A stretch of 64,000 nucleotides of DNA, from the IMG/VR virus record IMGVR_UViG_3300032326_001218; one strand, 5' to 3'. Source of the DNA: an uncultured virus (IMG/VR IMGVR_UViG_3300032326_001218) (Duplodnaviria; Heunggongvirae; Uroviricota; Caudoviricetes). Position numbers and translations under genes: made by a program. The notes beneath the pieces were generated by a model. The model was given only the letters and a program-made list of their open reading frames with translations, was not told the origin of the DNA and searched no databases. How positions within the stretch are numbered: the first letter of the stretch is position 1; each line of letters starts with the position of its first letter. Shown piece after piece: positions 32,001 to 41,230 of the stretch.

Positions 32001-35000
32001 AAAATTATTTGATATACCTGTAGCCGCAATATCTGATTTAGATACATCAAAAATATTTAGTGGTTCGGCAACCGCATCTATTTCTCCTGATAAAGGATTT
32101 TTAGTAAATACTGGTGTAACCATTAGAGATTATTTAGTAGTAACCGGTTCAACTGATATAAAATCTAATTTAGTTGTAACTGGTTCTTTTGTAGTAAATC
32201 AATCATCATTATTCAAATCTGGTGTTTCTGCATCGGTATTTAGTGGTAGTGGTGCCGGATTAACCAATATACCATTCTCAGCGTTATCTCAAGAAATATT
32301 TAGAATTGCATCGGGTTCAGTTACGGCATCGGCATTACCAGATAGAGGATTCATTGTTGAATCTACATTATTGGGTTCTGAATTTTCTGGCTCAATTGAT
32401 ATTAGTGGAAGTATATTTGCATATGGAAATATAGAATTACAAAGTGGTTCATCGTTTAGTGGTAGTGGTAAAAATTTATTTGATATACCTGAATCTGCTT
32501 TATCATTTGCTCCAAATAAAATAGCAAGTGGTAGCGTAACTGCATCGGTTTCACCTGTATTTGGTTTTAGGGTACAATCTGCCGATAGTGGTTCTGAATT
32601 TACTGGAAGTGTTGGTATAAGTGGAAGCCTTTTAGTAAGAGGTGATGTAACTTCAACAAGCGGTTCTTATTTTATCGGTGATGGTAGATATCTTTCTAAT
32701 ATTTCATTAGCTAATTTATCAATTGATTCTACAAAAATATTTAGTGGTAGTGCAACAGCATCTATTTCACCTAACAACGGATTTGAAGTAAATGTTCATT
32801 CCAGAATTGATGGTAGTTTTATAGTATCATCTTCTGCAAGACCATTACCTACTGAATTAATAGATAACACAATATATGTAACAAACGATGGAAGTAGTGC
32901 GTATGTTGTAAGTAATGGATTAATATCCGGTTCAAATCCAACATTAACATTAGTAAGAGGTGTTCAATATACATTCAATGTTAATGCGGTAGGACATCCT
33001 TTATGGATTAAATTTGTAAATTCAACCGGTACAACTAATACCGTAAGTCAAAGTATTACAAATAATGGTGATGACAATGGAAATATTGTATTCACTCCGT
33101 ATTCTGGTTCACCTAATATTCTATATTATAATTGCCAATTGCATTCATCAATGGTGGGGCAACTCAATATAGTTGATTTTTTAGAAATAGCACCGGAAAT
33201 AACGTTTATAGGAAATACACAAATTACAGGTAGTTTAAATACATCTGGACCTATATCAGCTTCAATGTTTACTGGAAGTGGTAGAGGATTATTTGATATT
33301 CCACGTTCTGCATTATCGGAAGAAGTATTCCGTATTGCAACTGGTAGTATTACTGCATCTGTAACACCGGAAAGAGGATTTTTAGTTGAATCATTGGAAA
33401 GTGGTTCTACTTTTAGTGGTAGTATCTTTATGGCTAGTGGTTCATTCGTCAGTTCATCTGGTAGATTGTTATTTGATATACCTCGTTCTGCCTTAACCGA
33501 AGATGCATTAATATCTGCGGAAATCAAATCTGGTTCAGTAACTGCTTCGGTAAGTCCGGTTGATGGTTTTAAAGTTTTAACACCATTTACTTCTTCGGTT
33601 GATGAATCTGGTTCATTTAGTACTCAAATTGCATCACAATTTAGTGGTTCGGTATCTATAAGTGGAAGTTTATATATTAACGAGATTGCAAGTGGCGGCC
33701 TGTTTTTAAGTTCTGGTTCTTCATATTATGGTGAAGGTACTTATTTACGAAATATCCCTCGTTCAGCATTAACCGAAGATGCATTAATATCTACTGAAAT
33801 CAAATCCGGTTCAGTAACCGCATCGGTAAGTCCAGTTGATGGGTTTAGAGTAATAACTCCATTTACTGGTGGACTAGTTGGTTCTCAATTCACTGGTTCA
33901 GTTGAAGTTAGTGGAAGTATTAGAGCAACGGAATTCTTATTTGGAGATGGTAGATTTATTACAAATGTAGTAGCGGCTGCAGCTCCATTTATAGCAAGTG
34001 GTAGTGCAACTGCATCGGTAGCAAATGGGTTTGATTTTAGAGTAATCACTGCAGCAACTGGTTCTGAAATTGGTTCTGAATTTACCGGTTCAATTGAAGT
34101 TAGTGGAAGTATTAGAGCAACGGATTTCTTCTTTGGTGATGGTAGGTTTATCACTAATGTTGTAGCAAGTGCGGCACCTTTCATCGCAAGTGGTTCGGCA
34201 ACTGCATCGGTAGCAAATGGATTTGATTTTAGAGTAATAACTACTGCAACTGGTTCTGAAATTGGTTCTGAATTCACTGGTTCAGTTAGTGTAAGTGGTT
34301 CATTAATAGCAGATGATTTAACTGCAAGAGGATTTGTATTTGGTGATGGTAGATTCTTAACAAATGTACAAGCGGCAGCAGCACCTTTGATAGCAAGTGG
34401 TTCGGCAACTGCATCGGTAGCTAGTGGTGATAAGTTTATAGTAAATGCTAGTAGTGGTTCACAATTCACCGGTTCAGTATCAATTACCGGTTCATTAACC
34501 GCATCTTTATTCATTGGAGATGGTGGCGGATTATTCAATATCCCACCTGAAGCGATTGAAAATTTAGAGTTAGCTAAAATTAACTCTGGCTCTGGTATTG
34601 CAATTATTGACCCAACTAAATTAGATGTAAACGTACCAATAACCGCAGCTCGTTATGATGGTGATGGTAGTGGATTATTTAACATTCCTGCTGAGGCATT
34701 AGAAGATTTACAATTAGATAGAATTATATCTGGATCTGTTGAAGCGGTAATTTCTCCAAACAAAGGATTAGAAATAAATACATCTGTTAGAATATTCTCT
34801 GGTTCATTAGCAGTAAGTGGTGGAATATTTGTAACTGGTTCCGATGTTGTACTTCAATCTGGTAGTAGATATGTTGGTGATGGTAGTGGATTAAGAAATA
34901 TCAATATTGCCAATTTAGCATTTGAAACGGCTATATTAAAATCGGGTTCTCAATTTGCTGAAATATCTCCAAATTTAGGATTTAGAGTAAGTACATCGGC

Positions 35001-38000
35001 ATCAATAGATGGTGATTTGGATGTTGTATATGATATAACTGCACATAATATATCTGCAAGTGGTACAATATTTGCACCAACTATTAGTGGTTCGTTCTTG
35101 GGTACATATAATTTCCAAGGAGTAGGACCTACTGCAAGTGCGGAATATGATATTTTAAGATTTGATGAGAATAGAGGATACTTTGTACCTCAACCTGAAA
35201 CATCATTAACCGAAACTGTATCATTTAACAACGTTAGTGATTTAACAATTGTACATAATTTGGGTATTAGATATCCAGTGGTACAAGTGTACGCAACTGG
35301 TTCGGAAGACCAAATATTACCTGGCACCGTTAAATCAATTGATGAAGATACAATCCAAATTAAATTTGCTGGATTAACTTCTGGACATGTTGTGATTGGT
35401 AGTGGTGGTTCATTAATTAATGGTACAATACCTGGTAATAGAGTATTTGGTGAAGTTCTTTCTGCATCATATGCACGTAGAGCTGAAGTTGCTGTATCGG
35501 TTCAAGGATTTGATTCAGCATCACTTGCATCATTATCGGCTTCATTGGGAGATTCATCACAATATGTAAGAAACAATCAAACATCATCAATGGCGGTGTT
35601 TAGTGCTGTAAGTTCTTCTTACGCATTAACCGCATCTTATGCATTAAATGGCGGTGGTAGTGGAACTGAATTATTTATTTATCATACCAGTTCACTAGTA
35701 AAATCACAAGTTGCAAAGATAAACTTTAGTGGTTCTGGAGTGGATGTGATTTCATCTGGTTCCGATGGTGTATTGGTAACGATAAATGGTGGGGCGGCTC
35801 AAACTTCACTTACTGCATCTTATATTTTATCAACTGGAGTAGATGGACCGAGAGGAATGGATAGTGTTACATATGCTGTTAATTCATTAACCGCATCTTT
35901 TGCATTAAATTCGGCAAATACTGATACATCTTCATTCCTTAATATTAATAGTGACCAAACAATAAACGCATCACTTACAATAAGTGGAAGTTTAGGTGTT
36001 AGTGGTAGTATAATGCTTGGTGGAATCGTATCCGCATCGTATGATGAGGTTGTAACTTGGGACCCAATAACTAAAAAATTAGGATATAGAAACGTAGCAG
36101 CAGCAGTAGGTTCATCTGGAACCGGAGGTTCATCGGGTTCTTCTGGTACATCTGGTGTTACTGGTACTTCTGGTTCATCTGGAAGTAGTGGTTCATCTGG
36201 AAGTTCTGGAAGTAGTGGAAGCTCTGGTATAGATGGAAGTAGTGGTTCATCTGGAAGTTCGGGAAGTTCGGGTAGTTCAGGTTCAACTGGTACATCCGGT
36301 TCATCTGGTTCATCTGGAAGTAGTGGTTCATCTGGTTCATCTGGAAGTAGTGGAACTTCGGGTTCATCGGGTTCTTCAGGAACATCAGGAAGCAGTGGCA
36401 CGAGTGGCACATCTGGATCATCAGGTTCCGATGGAAGTAGTGGAACTTCTGGTTCATCTGGTTCTTCAGGCACATCAGGAAGTTCTGGTTCTTCTGGAAC
36501 ATCTGGAAGTAGTGGCACATCTGGAACTAGCGGCACATCTGGAACTTCTGGTTCTTCTGGTTCTTCTGGAAGTGGAGGCACTTCCGGTAGTAGTGGTTCA
36601 ACTGGTTCAGCAGGCACATCTGGTACATCTGGAACGTCAGCAACATCTGGAAGTTCCGGCTCATCGGGAACATCAGGAACCTCTGGAACATCAGCAACAT
36701 CTGGTACATCTGGTACTGCAGGTAGTAGTGGTACATCAGCATCATCCGGAAGTGGAGGTACTGCGGGCACATCGGGAAGTTCTGGTTCATCTGGAACATC
36801 CGGGTCATCTGGTACATCTGGTACATCTGGTACCGCAGGTAGTAGTGGTACATCGGCATCATCTGGTACCGGTGGTTCTGCTGGTACATCCGGTACAACT
36901 GGTACGAGTGGCTCATCTGGAAGTGCCGGCTCAGCGGGTACATCTGGAACTTCTGGTACATCCGGGTCATCTGGTTCTGATGGTAGTGGTGGTTCATCTG
37001 GTACAACTGGTACAAGTGGCTCATCTGGTACAACTGGTTCAGCAGGTTCATCTGGTACATCGGGAAGCTCTGGTACATCTGGAGAAGACGGTTCATCAGG
37101 AACTTCTGGAAGTAGCGGCACATCTGGTTCTGCAGGAACTTCTGGTACGAACGGCTCTGCAGGTTCATCTGGAAGTAGTGGTTCATCTGGTACTTCTGGA
37201 AGCAGCGGAAGTTCCGGTTCATCTGGTTCATCGGGAAGTAGTGGTTCATCTGGTACAACTGGTTCCGATGGAACATCTGGAAGTAGTGGGTCATCTGGTA
37301 CATCTGGTACTGATGGTACATCTGGAAGTAGCGGCACATCGGGAAGTAGCGGCTCATCTGGTACAACCGGTTCATCTGGCTCATCTGGAAGTAGTGGAAG
37401 TAGTGGAAGTTCAGGAATAGATGGCACATCGGGAACTTCGGGCTCAACTGGTACTGCTGGTTCTTCTGGTAGTTCTGGTACAAATGGCTCGCATGGTACA
37501 TCTGGTAGTAGTGGAACGGGAGGTTCATCTGGTTCATCAGGAACTTCTGGAAGCAGTGGAAGCTCTGGTTCATCCGGTAGTTCGGGAAGTAGTGGTTCAT
37601 CTGGTACATCTGGTAGTTCTGGTTTAGATGGAACATTTTTCGGAAGTTCAGGAACATCCGGTTCATCTGGTAGTTCAGGAACATCAGCAACATCTGGAAC
37701 TTCTGGCTCATCGGGAACAAGTGGTGTAGATGGAACATTCTTCGGAAGTAGTGGTAGTTCAGGTTTAACTGGTACATCTGGTACATCGGGCGAAACGGGA
37801 ACATCGGGTACATCTGGAGAGAGTGGTACATCTGGTACAAGTGGTGTAGATGGAACATTCTTTGGAAGCTCAGGTACAACAGGTACATCTGGAAGTAGTG
37901 GCTCATCCGGTTCATCTGGTATATCAGGCACCGATGGTACTGCCGGTACATCTGGTTTAGACGGAACATTCTTTGGTACATCGGGTACATCTGGACAAGA

Positions 38001-39831
38001 TGGCACTTCGGGTACATCTGGAAAAGATGGTTCAAATGGCACATCCGGTTCATCTGGACAGGATGGCACTTCGGGTACATCTGGTTTAGACGGAACATTC
38101 TTTGGTTCTCATGGTACTTCTGGTAGTTCTGGCTCAACTGGTTCAGCAGGTTCTTCTGGAACTTCTGGAGAAAGCGGTACTTCGGGTACATCGGGAGAAA
38201 GTGGCACTTCGGGTTCAGCCGGTTCATCTGGTACTTCGGCGGAAGGTTCATCTGGTTCATCTGGAACTTCTGGAGAAAGTGGTACATCGGGAACTTCTGG
38301 TTCGGATGGCACATCTGGTTCAGCTGGTACATCGGGTAGTTCTGGTAAAGATGGTACGTTATTTGGTTCATCTGGAACATCAGGTAGTAGTGGAACATCG
38401 GGTTCATCTGGTTCAACTGGTTCATCAGGAAGTGCAGGAACGGGTGGTACTTCTGGTGTAAGTGGTACATCGGGTAGTTCTGGTAAAGATGGAACATTCT
38501 TTGGTTCATCTGGAACTTCTGGTTCATCTGGAGAAAGTGGCACATCTGGTAGTTCTGGACAAAGTGGAACTAATGGTAGTGCTGGTTCTTCTGGCTCATC
38601 TGGTACATCTGGTAAAGATGGTACATTATTTGGTTCTTCTGGAACGAGTGGGGAAAGTGGTTCATCTGGAACTTCTGGAGAAAGTGGTACATCGGGAACT
38701 TCTGGTTCGTCTGGTACATCTGGTTCTTCCGGATTTGATGGTACATATTTTGGTTCATCTGGAACTTCTGGAGTAAGTGGTACTAGTGGAACATCTGGTC
38801 AGAGTGGTACATCGGGTGTAAGTGGTACTGCCGGCACATCTGGTAGTTCTGGTAAAGATGGTACGTTATTTGGAAGTAGTGGTGTATCGGGAACTTCTGG
38901 TACATCTGGAGTAAGTGGAACTGCTGGTACATCTGGATTGGGTTCATCTGGTTCATCTGGAACTTCTGGTAAAGATGGTACTTTATTTGGTTCATCTGGT
39001 ACATCTGGTAAAGATGGTACAAACGCAACCGGTGAAGCAGGTACTTCTGGTACATCTGGTACAACACCTCCTGGCTTTACATCTGGTACATCTGGTGAAA
39101 CCGGTACATCTGGTACATCTGGTACAACTCCTCCTGGTTTCACATCTGGAACATCGGGTAGTTCTGGTGAAACCGGTACATCCGGTACATCTGGCACAAC
39201 TCCTCCTGGTTTCACATCTGGAACATCAGGAACTTCTGGAATAAGTGGCACCGCCGGTACATCTGGTACAACTCCTCCTGGTTTCACATCTGGAACATCT
39301 GGTAATAGTGGAACTTCTGGTACATCTGCACCCGGATTTACATCTGGTACATCTGGTACATCTGGTTTCCCATTATCTGGTAATACCGAAGATGGTATAT
39401 TAACTTACAATGCTGTTGCATTTGGAGCAAATGTTGAATCAAACTTAACATTTAATGGTAGTACATTAACTGTAACCGGTAATGTAATATCAACAACCTC
39501 TATTGCGGCAACTACATTTAGAGAAACATATTCTGACCGAGGAACCGGTGGAAGTGTAACATTGGACCTTTCAACTGGTAACAACTTCAGAAGACAATTT
39601 AGTAGTAATGCAACTGTTGCATTCTCAAACGCACCTGGTTCAAACGCATTTGGATTTACTTTAGTTACTGTAAATGCGGGGGCATATACTATAACTTGGC
39701 CAATTAATGTTGATTGGGCTGGTGGAAGTACACCAACATTAACTTCCGTTGGAACTGATATTTTGGTATTCTATACTTATGATGGTGGTACTACATATTA
39801 TGGATTTGTAAGTGGTAAAAACTTTAGTTAA
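29032..39831 (+). CDS. Giant 3599-aa fibre: about 24 IxSGSxTASxSP repeats, two cupredoxin-like domains, a ~1085-aa Gly-X-Y tract and a C-terminal adaptor domain
   Basis: Repeats read from the translation; two GHP...YYxCxxHxxMxG motifs; C-terminal ITWP..V.WAGG..PTLT..G.DILVF...DGGTTYYG domain typical of phage fibre ends. Confidence 0.85.
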   Translation: MAISNLLSGRVRVVSPKNVTQDRYQFVDLSQVEPNLGVPNFSASLSGSPAIVVSDDQGNRGFVRSLDLDRVTGQFTGSFTGSAESLSGSFTGSFSGSFSGSYFGDGAGLINLPDTIRLASGSATASISPNFGLQINVDTTIAENLYVSKSIYAEQLVVSIISSSVIYSSGSNKFGDELSDKQEFTGSVTITGSLAVENQIIFGEASGSSISASFTGSYFGDGAGLFNLPQATKLASGSVTASVSPENGFVVTSIESGSIFSGSVKLSSGSFFSGSGRFLFDIPESALSFAPFRIASGSVTASVSPVFGFRVESAASGSEFTGSIKLASGSFFSGSGRFLFDIPESALSFAPFRIASGSVTASVSPVFGFRVESAENGSEFTGSVDISGSVNVNGDVTASFFVGDGSKLTNVPSLVAPRIASGSATASISPDKGLEVNTSVTIAGYLVATGSISASQFSGSGRGLFDIPRSALSEEVFRIASGSVTASVSPDEGFRVISADSGSQFTGSLIVSGNISLTSGSSFSGSGERLFNIPRTALAPDALISNLIASGSVTASVTDVDGFVVKSVASGSTFSGSVFLSSGSFFSGSGERLFNIPRSAISNLDVNLIFSGSATASIDPVKGFNVNIYSKFSGSMIVSSSNYPIPSQSLNTVFDVTNGGFSSYVFTNAISGINPTLTLVRGVTYTFNISASGHPFWIKSGSVQTGTGGSYNTGVTNNGTDNGTITFSLDELTPSNLYYVCQNHSAMQGSINVVNSIEIPAEITFIGKTNITGSLGVSGSVFLGSGSFFSGSGRGLFDIPLSAFTGDAFRIASGSVTASVSPAYGFRVESLQLGSELTGSVRVSGSLTAERIFSPEFSGSFEGDGSRLRNVPSIEGTRIVSGSVTASVSPVYGFRLEGANRAEFSSSILVSGSVEISSGSSFSGSGQRLFNIPRTALAPDALFSEKIVSGSVTASVSPNEGFVVTSIESGSIFYGEVKVISGSSFSGSGRKLFDIPVAAISDLDTSKIFSGSATASISPDKGFLVNTGVTIRDYLVVTGSTDIKSNLVVTGSFVVNQSSLFKSGVSASVFSGSGAGLTNIPFSALSQEIFRIASGSVTASALPDRGFIVESTLLGSEFSGSIDISGSIFAYGNIELQSGSSFSGSGKNLFDIPESALSFAPNKIASGSVTASVSPVFGFRVQSADSGSEFTGSVGISGSLLVRGDVTSTSGSYFIGDGRYLSNISLANLSIDSTKIFSGSATASISPNNGFEVNVHSRIDGSFIVSSSARPLPTELIDNTIYVTNDGSSAYVVSNGLISGSNPTLTLVRGVQYTFNVNAVGHPLWIKFVNSTGTTNTVSQSITNNGDDNGNIVFTPYSGSPNILYYNCQLHSSMVGQLNIVDFLEIAPEITFIGNTQITGSLNTSGPISASMFTGSGRGLFDIPRSALSEEVFRIATGSITASVTPERGFLVESLESGSTFSGSIFMASGSFVSSSGRLLFDIPRSALTEDALISAEIKSGSVTASVSPVDGFKVLTPFTSSVDESGSFSTQIASQFSGSVSISGSLYINEIASGGLFLSSGSSYYGEGTYLRNIPRSALTEDALISTEIKSGSVTASVSPVDGFRVITPFTGGLVGSQFTGSVEVSGSIRATEFLFGDGRFITNVVAAAAPFIASGSATASVANGFDFRVITAATGSEIGSEFTGSIEVSGSIRATDFFFGDGRFITNVVASAAPFIASGSATASVANGFDFRVITTATGSEIGSEFTGSVSVSGSLIADDLTARGFVFGDGRFLTNVQAAAAPLIASGSATASVASGDKFIVNASSGSQFTGSVSITGSLTASLFIGDGGGLFNIPPEAIENLELAKINSGSGIAIIDPTKLDVNVPITAARYDGDGSGLFNIPAEALEDLQLDRIISGSVEAVISPNKGLEINTSVRIFSGSLAVSGGIFVTGSDVVLQSGSRYVGDGSGLRNINIANLAFETAILKSGSQFAEISPNLGFRVSTSASIDGDLDVVYDITAHNISASGTIFAPTISGSFLGTYNFQGVGPTASAEYDILRFDENRGYFVPQPETSLTETVSFNNVSDLTIVHNLGIRYPVVQVYATGSEDQILPGTVKSIDEDTIQIKFAGLTSGHVVIGSGGSLINGTIPGNRVFGEVLSASYARRAEVAVSVQGFDSASLASLSASLGDSSQYVRNNQTSSMAVFSAVSSSYALTASYALNGGGSGTELFIYHTSSLVKSQVAKINFSGSGVDVISSGSDGVLVTINGGAAQTSLTASYILSTGVDGPRGMDSVTYAVNSLTASFALNSANTDTSSFLNINSDQTINASLTISGSLGVSGSIMLGGIVSASYDEVVTWDPITKKLGYRNVAAAVGSSGTGGSSGSSGTSGVTGTSGSSGSSGSSGSSGSSGSSGIDGSSGSSGSSGSSGSSGSTGTSGSSGSSGSSGSSGSSGSSGTSGSSGSSGTSGSSGTSGTSGSSGSDGSSGTSGSSGSSGTSGSSGSSGTSGSSGTSGTSGTSGTSGSSGSSGSGGTSGSSGSTGSAGTSGTSGTSATSGSSGSSGTSGTSGTSATSGTSGTAGSSGTSASSGSGGTAGTSGSSGSSGTSGSSGTSGTSGTAGSSGTSASSGTGGSAGTSGTTGTSGSSGSAGSAGTSGTSGTSGSSGSDGSGGSSGTTGTSGSSGTTGSAGSSGTSGSSGTSGEDGSSGTSGSSGTSGSAGTSGTNGSAGSSGSSGSSGTSGSSGSSGSSGSSGSSGSSGTTGSDGTSGSSGSSGTSGTDGTSGSSGTSGSSGSSGTTGSSGSSGSSGSSGSSGIDGTSGTSGSTGTAGSSGSSGTNGSHGTSGSSGTGGSSGSSGTSGSSGSSGSSGSSGSSGSSGTSGSSGLDGTFFGSSGTSGSSGSSGTSATSGTSGSSGTSGVDGTFFGSSGSSGLTGTSGTSGETGTSGTSGESGTSGTSGVDGTFFGSSGTTGTSGSSGSSGSSGISGTDGTAGTSGLDGTFFGTSGTSGQDGTSGTSGKDGSNGTSGSSGQDGTSGTSGLDGTFFGSHGTSGSSGSTGSAGSSGTSGESGTSGTSGESGTSGSAGSSGTSAEGSSGSSGTSGESGTSGTSGSDGTSGSAGTSGSSGKDGTLFGSSGTSGSSGTSGSSGSTGSSGSAGTGGTSGVSGTSGSSGKDGTFFGSSGTSGSSGESGTSGSSGQSGTNGSAGSSGSSGTSGKDGTLFGSSGTSGESGSSGTSGESGTSGTSGSSGTSGSSGFDGTYFGSSGTSGVSGTSGTSGQSGTSGVSGTAGTSGSSGKDGTLFGSSGVSGTSGTSGVSGTAGTSGLGSSGSSGTSGKDGTLFGSSGTSGKDGTNATGEAGTSGTSGTTPPGFTSGTSGETGTSGTSGTTPPGFTSGTSGSSGETGTSGTSGTTPPGFTSGTSGTSGISGTAGTSGTTPPGFTSGTSGNSGTSGTSAPGFTSGTSGTSGFPLSGNTEDGILTYNAVAFGANVESNLTFNGSTLTVTGNVISTTSIAATTFRETYSDRGTGGSVTLDLSTGNNFRRQFSSNATVAFSNAPGSNAFGFTLVTVNAGAYTITWPINVDWAGGSTPTLTSVGTDILVFYTYDGGTTYYGFVSGKNFS
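36109..39366 (+). repeat. (Gly-Ser/Thr-Ser)n low-complexity coding repeat
   Basis: Near-continuous GSS/GTS triplets (ggttcatct, ggtacatct, ggaagtagt) with periodic DGT(F/L/Y)FG breaks and terminal GTTPPGFTS units. Confidence 0.95.
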
Positions 39832-39836
39832 TAGTT

Positions 39837-40736
39837 ATGGGAATTTTTAGAAGATTGATAACATCAGCAGAAGGGGGACAAGAATTCCCATTCATTATCA
39901 GAATTACTACAATTTCTGCTAATACCGTTTTTACGTTACCTATTGCCGATTATGCAGGATTTACTCCTAATTTTAATGTTAATTGGGGAGATGGTACATC
40001 TGATACTATAACATCTTCTACCGATTTAGATAGAACACATACATACGTTAATACTGGTACATATGATATTAGCATAAGTGGATTTATGCCATCTTTTAAA
40101 GTTAATAATAATACAGCAATTCGTTCACGTATTGTTGCATTGATACAATGGGGTACGGTTGGATTAAGAGCAATAGATTTTTATGGGTGTTCTAATTTAA
40201 CTACAATACCTGGCAGTGCTTCATTAAGTGGAGTAGGTGGTTATACCGGATTGGCAGAAGTTATTACGTTTGCCAGTTTTATGAGAAATACCGGAATAAC
40301 ATCAATACCTTCTGATTTATTTGCGTATTCTCCAAATGCAACTACTTTTAGTGATACTTTTACAAATACACCGATTACATCAATACCTACTGGATTATTT
40401 GATGAAAATATATCAGCTACAAACTTTGCGGCGTGTTTTAGTACTTGCACTTCATTGAGCACTGTACCATCAACTCTTTTTGATTTGAATGTAAACGCAA
40501 TTAGTTTTGCTTCAACTTTTAGAAACTGTTATGCTATAACTCAACCTTTACAATTTACATTTAACACTTCGGTTAGTACTTTTGTAAACGTATATAATAT
40601 GGCAACAACTGCTAATGCAATGACTGGAACTGCACCTGAATTATGGAATAGAGTTCCTGCTCCGTTCGGAACAGATGCTTTTAGAAATTGTATAAATTTA
40701 TCAAATTTCGCTTCAATACCTACAATTTGGAAATAA
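39837..40736 (+). CDS. PKD-like plus leucine-rich-repeat (BspA/DUF285-like) protein, candidate fibre-tip adhesin
   Basis: VNWGDGT...THTY...GTYDISISG (PKD-like) followed by ITSIP..LF.......F...F repeats. Confidence 0.7.
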   Translation: MGIFRRLITSAEGGQEFPFIIRITTISANTVFTLPIADYAGFTPNFNVNWGDGTSDTITSSTDLDRTHTYVNTGTYDISISGFMPSFKVNNNTAIRSRIVALIQWGTVGLRAIDFYGCSNLTTIPGSASLSGVGGYTGLAEVITFASFMRNTGITSIPSDLFAYSPNATTFSDTFTNTPITSIPTGLFDENISATNFAACFSTCTSLSTVPSTLFDLNVNAISFASTFRNCYAITQPLQFTFNTSVSTFVNVYNMATTANAMTGTAPELWNRVPAPFGTDAFRNCINLSNFASIPTIWK

Positions 40737-40737
40737 T

Positions 40738-41181
40738 ATGTATTTAAGAATTATAAATAACGAAATTCAATATCCGTATTCTATTGAAAATTTGAAAACG
40801 GATAATAAAAATGTAACGTTCCCATTGGAACTTACTGAAAATGATTTATTATCATGGGATATGTACGAAGTAAGACAGACTCCTAAACCAAATAACTACA
40901 CAAAAATAGTGTCCGAAGAAACTCCAATGTTAATTGAAGGAGTTTATTATCAAAATTGGGTAATAACCGATGCAAGCCAAGAATTAATCAATGCAAGATT
41001 AGAAACAAAATGGGCTGAGGTTAGAGATATTAGAAATCAACTATTATTAGAATGTGATTGGACTCAATTATCGGACATACCAACTGAAATCAAATCAGTT
41101 TGGACAGAATATAGACAAAATTTAAGAGATATATCAAACCAAATAGACCCATTTAATATTGAATGGCCAATTAAACCTTAA
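40738..41181 (+). CDS. Phage tail fibre assembly chaperone-like protein
   Basis: W..VR..RNQLL.ECDWTQL.D.P......W..YRQ.LRDI..Q.DPFNI.WP.KP C-terminal signature. Confidence 0.85.
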   Translation: MYLRIINNEIQYPYSIENLKTDNKNVTFPLELTENDLLSWDMYEVRQTPKPNNYTKIVSEETPMLIEGVYYQNWVITDASQELINARLETKWAEVRDIRNQLLLECDWTQLSDIPTEIKSVWTEYRQNLRDISNQIDPFNIEWPIKP

Positions 41182-41196
41182 AAGACGGATTCGTTT

Positions 41197-41204
41197 ATAT
41201 TTAT
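41197..41204 (+). promoter_or_regulatory. ATATTTAT putative late-promoter motif
   Basis: 26 nt before ATG 41231. Confidence 0.65.
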
Positions 41205-41230
41205 ACCTATAACAAAAGTAAGCAGGTAAA

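Noticed and set aside
36109..39366. Possible CRISPR array or non-coding tandem repeat
   Set aside because: The repeats are in-frame 9-nt multiples with synonymous variation and no unique spacers, so this is a coding repeat.
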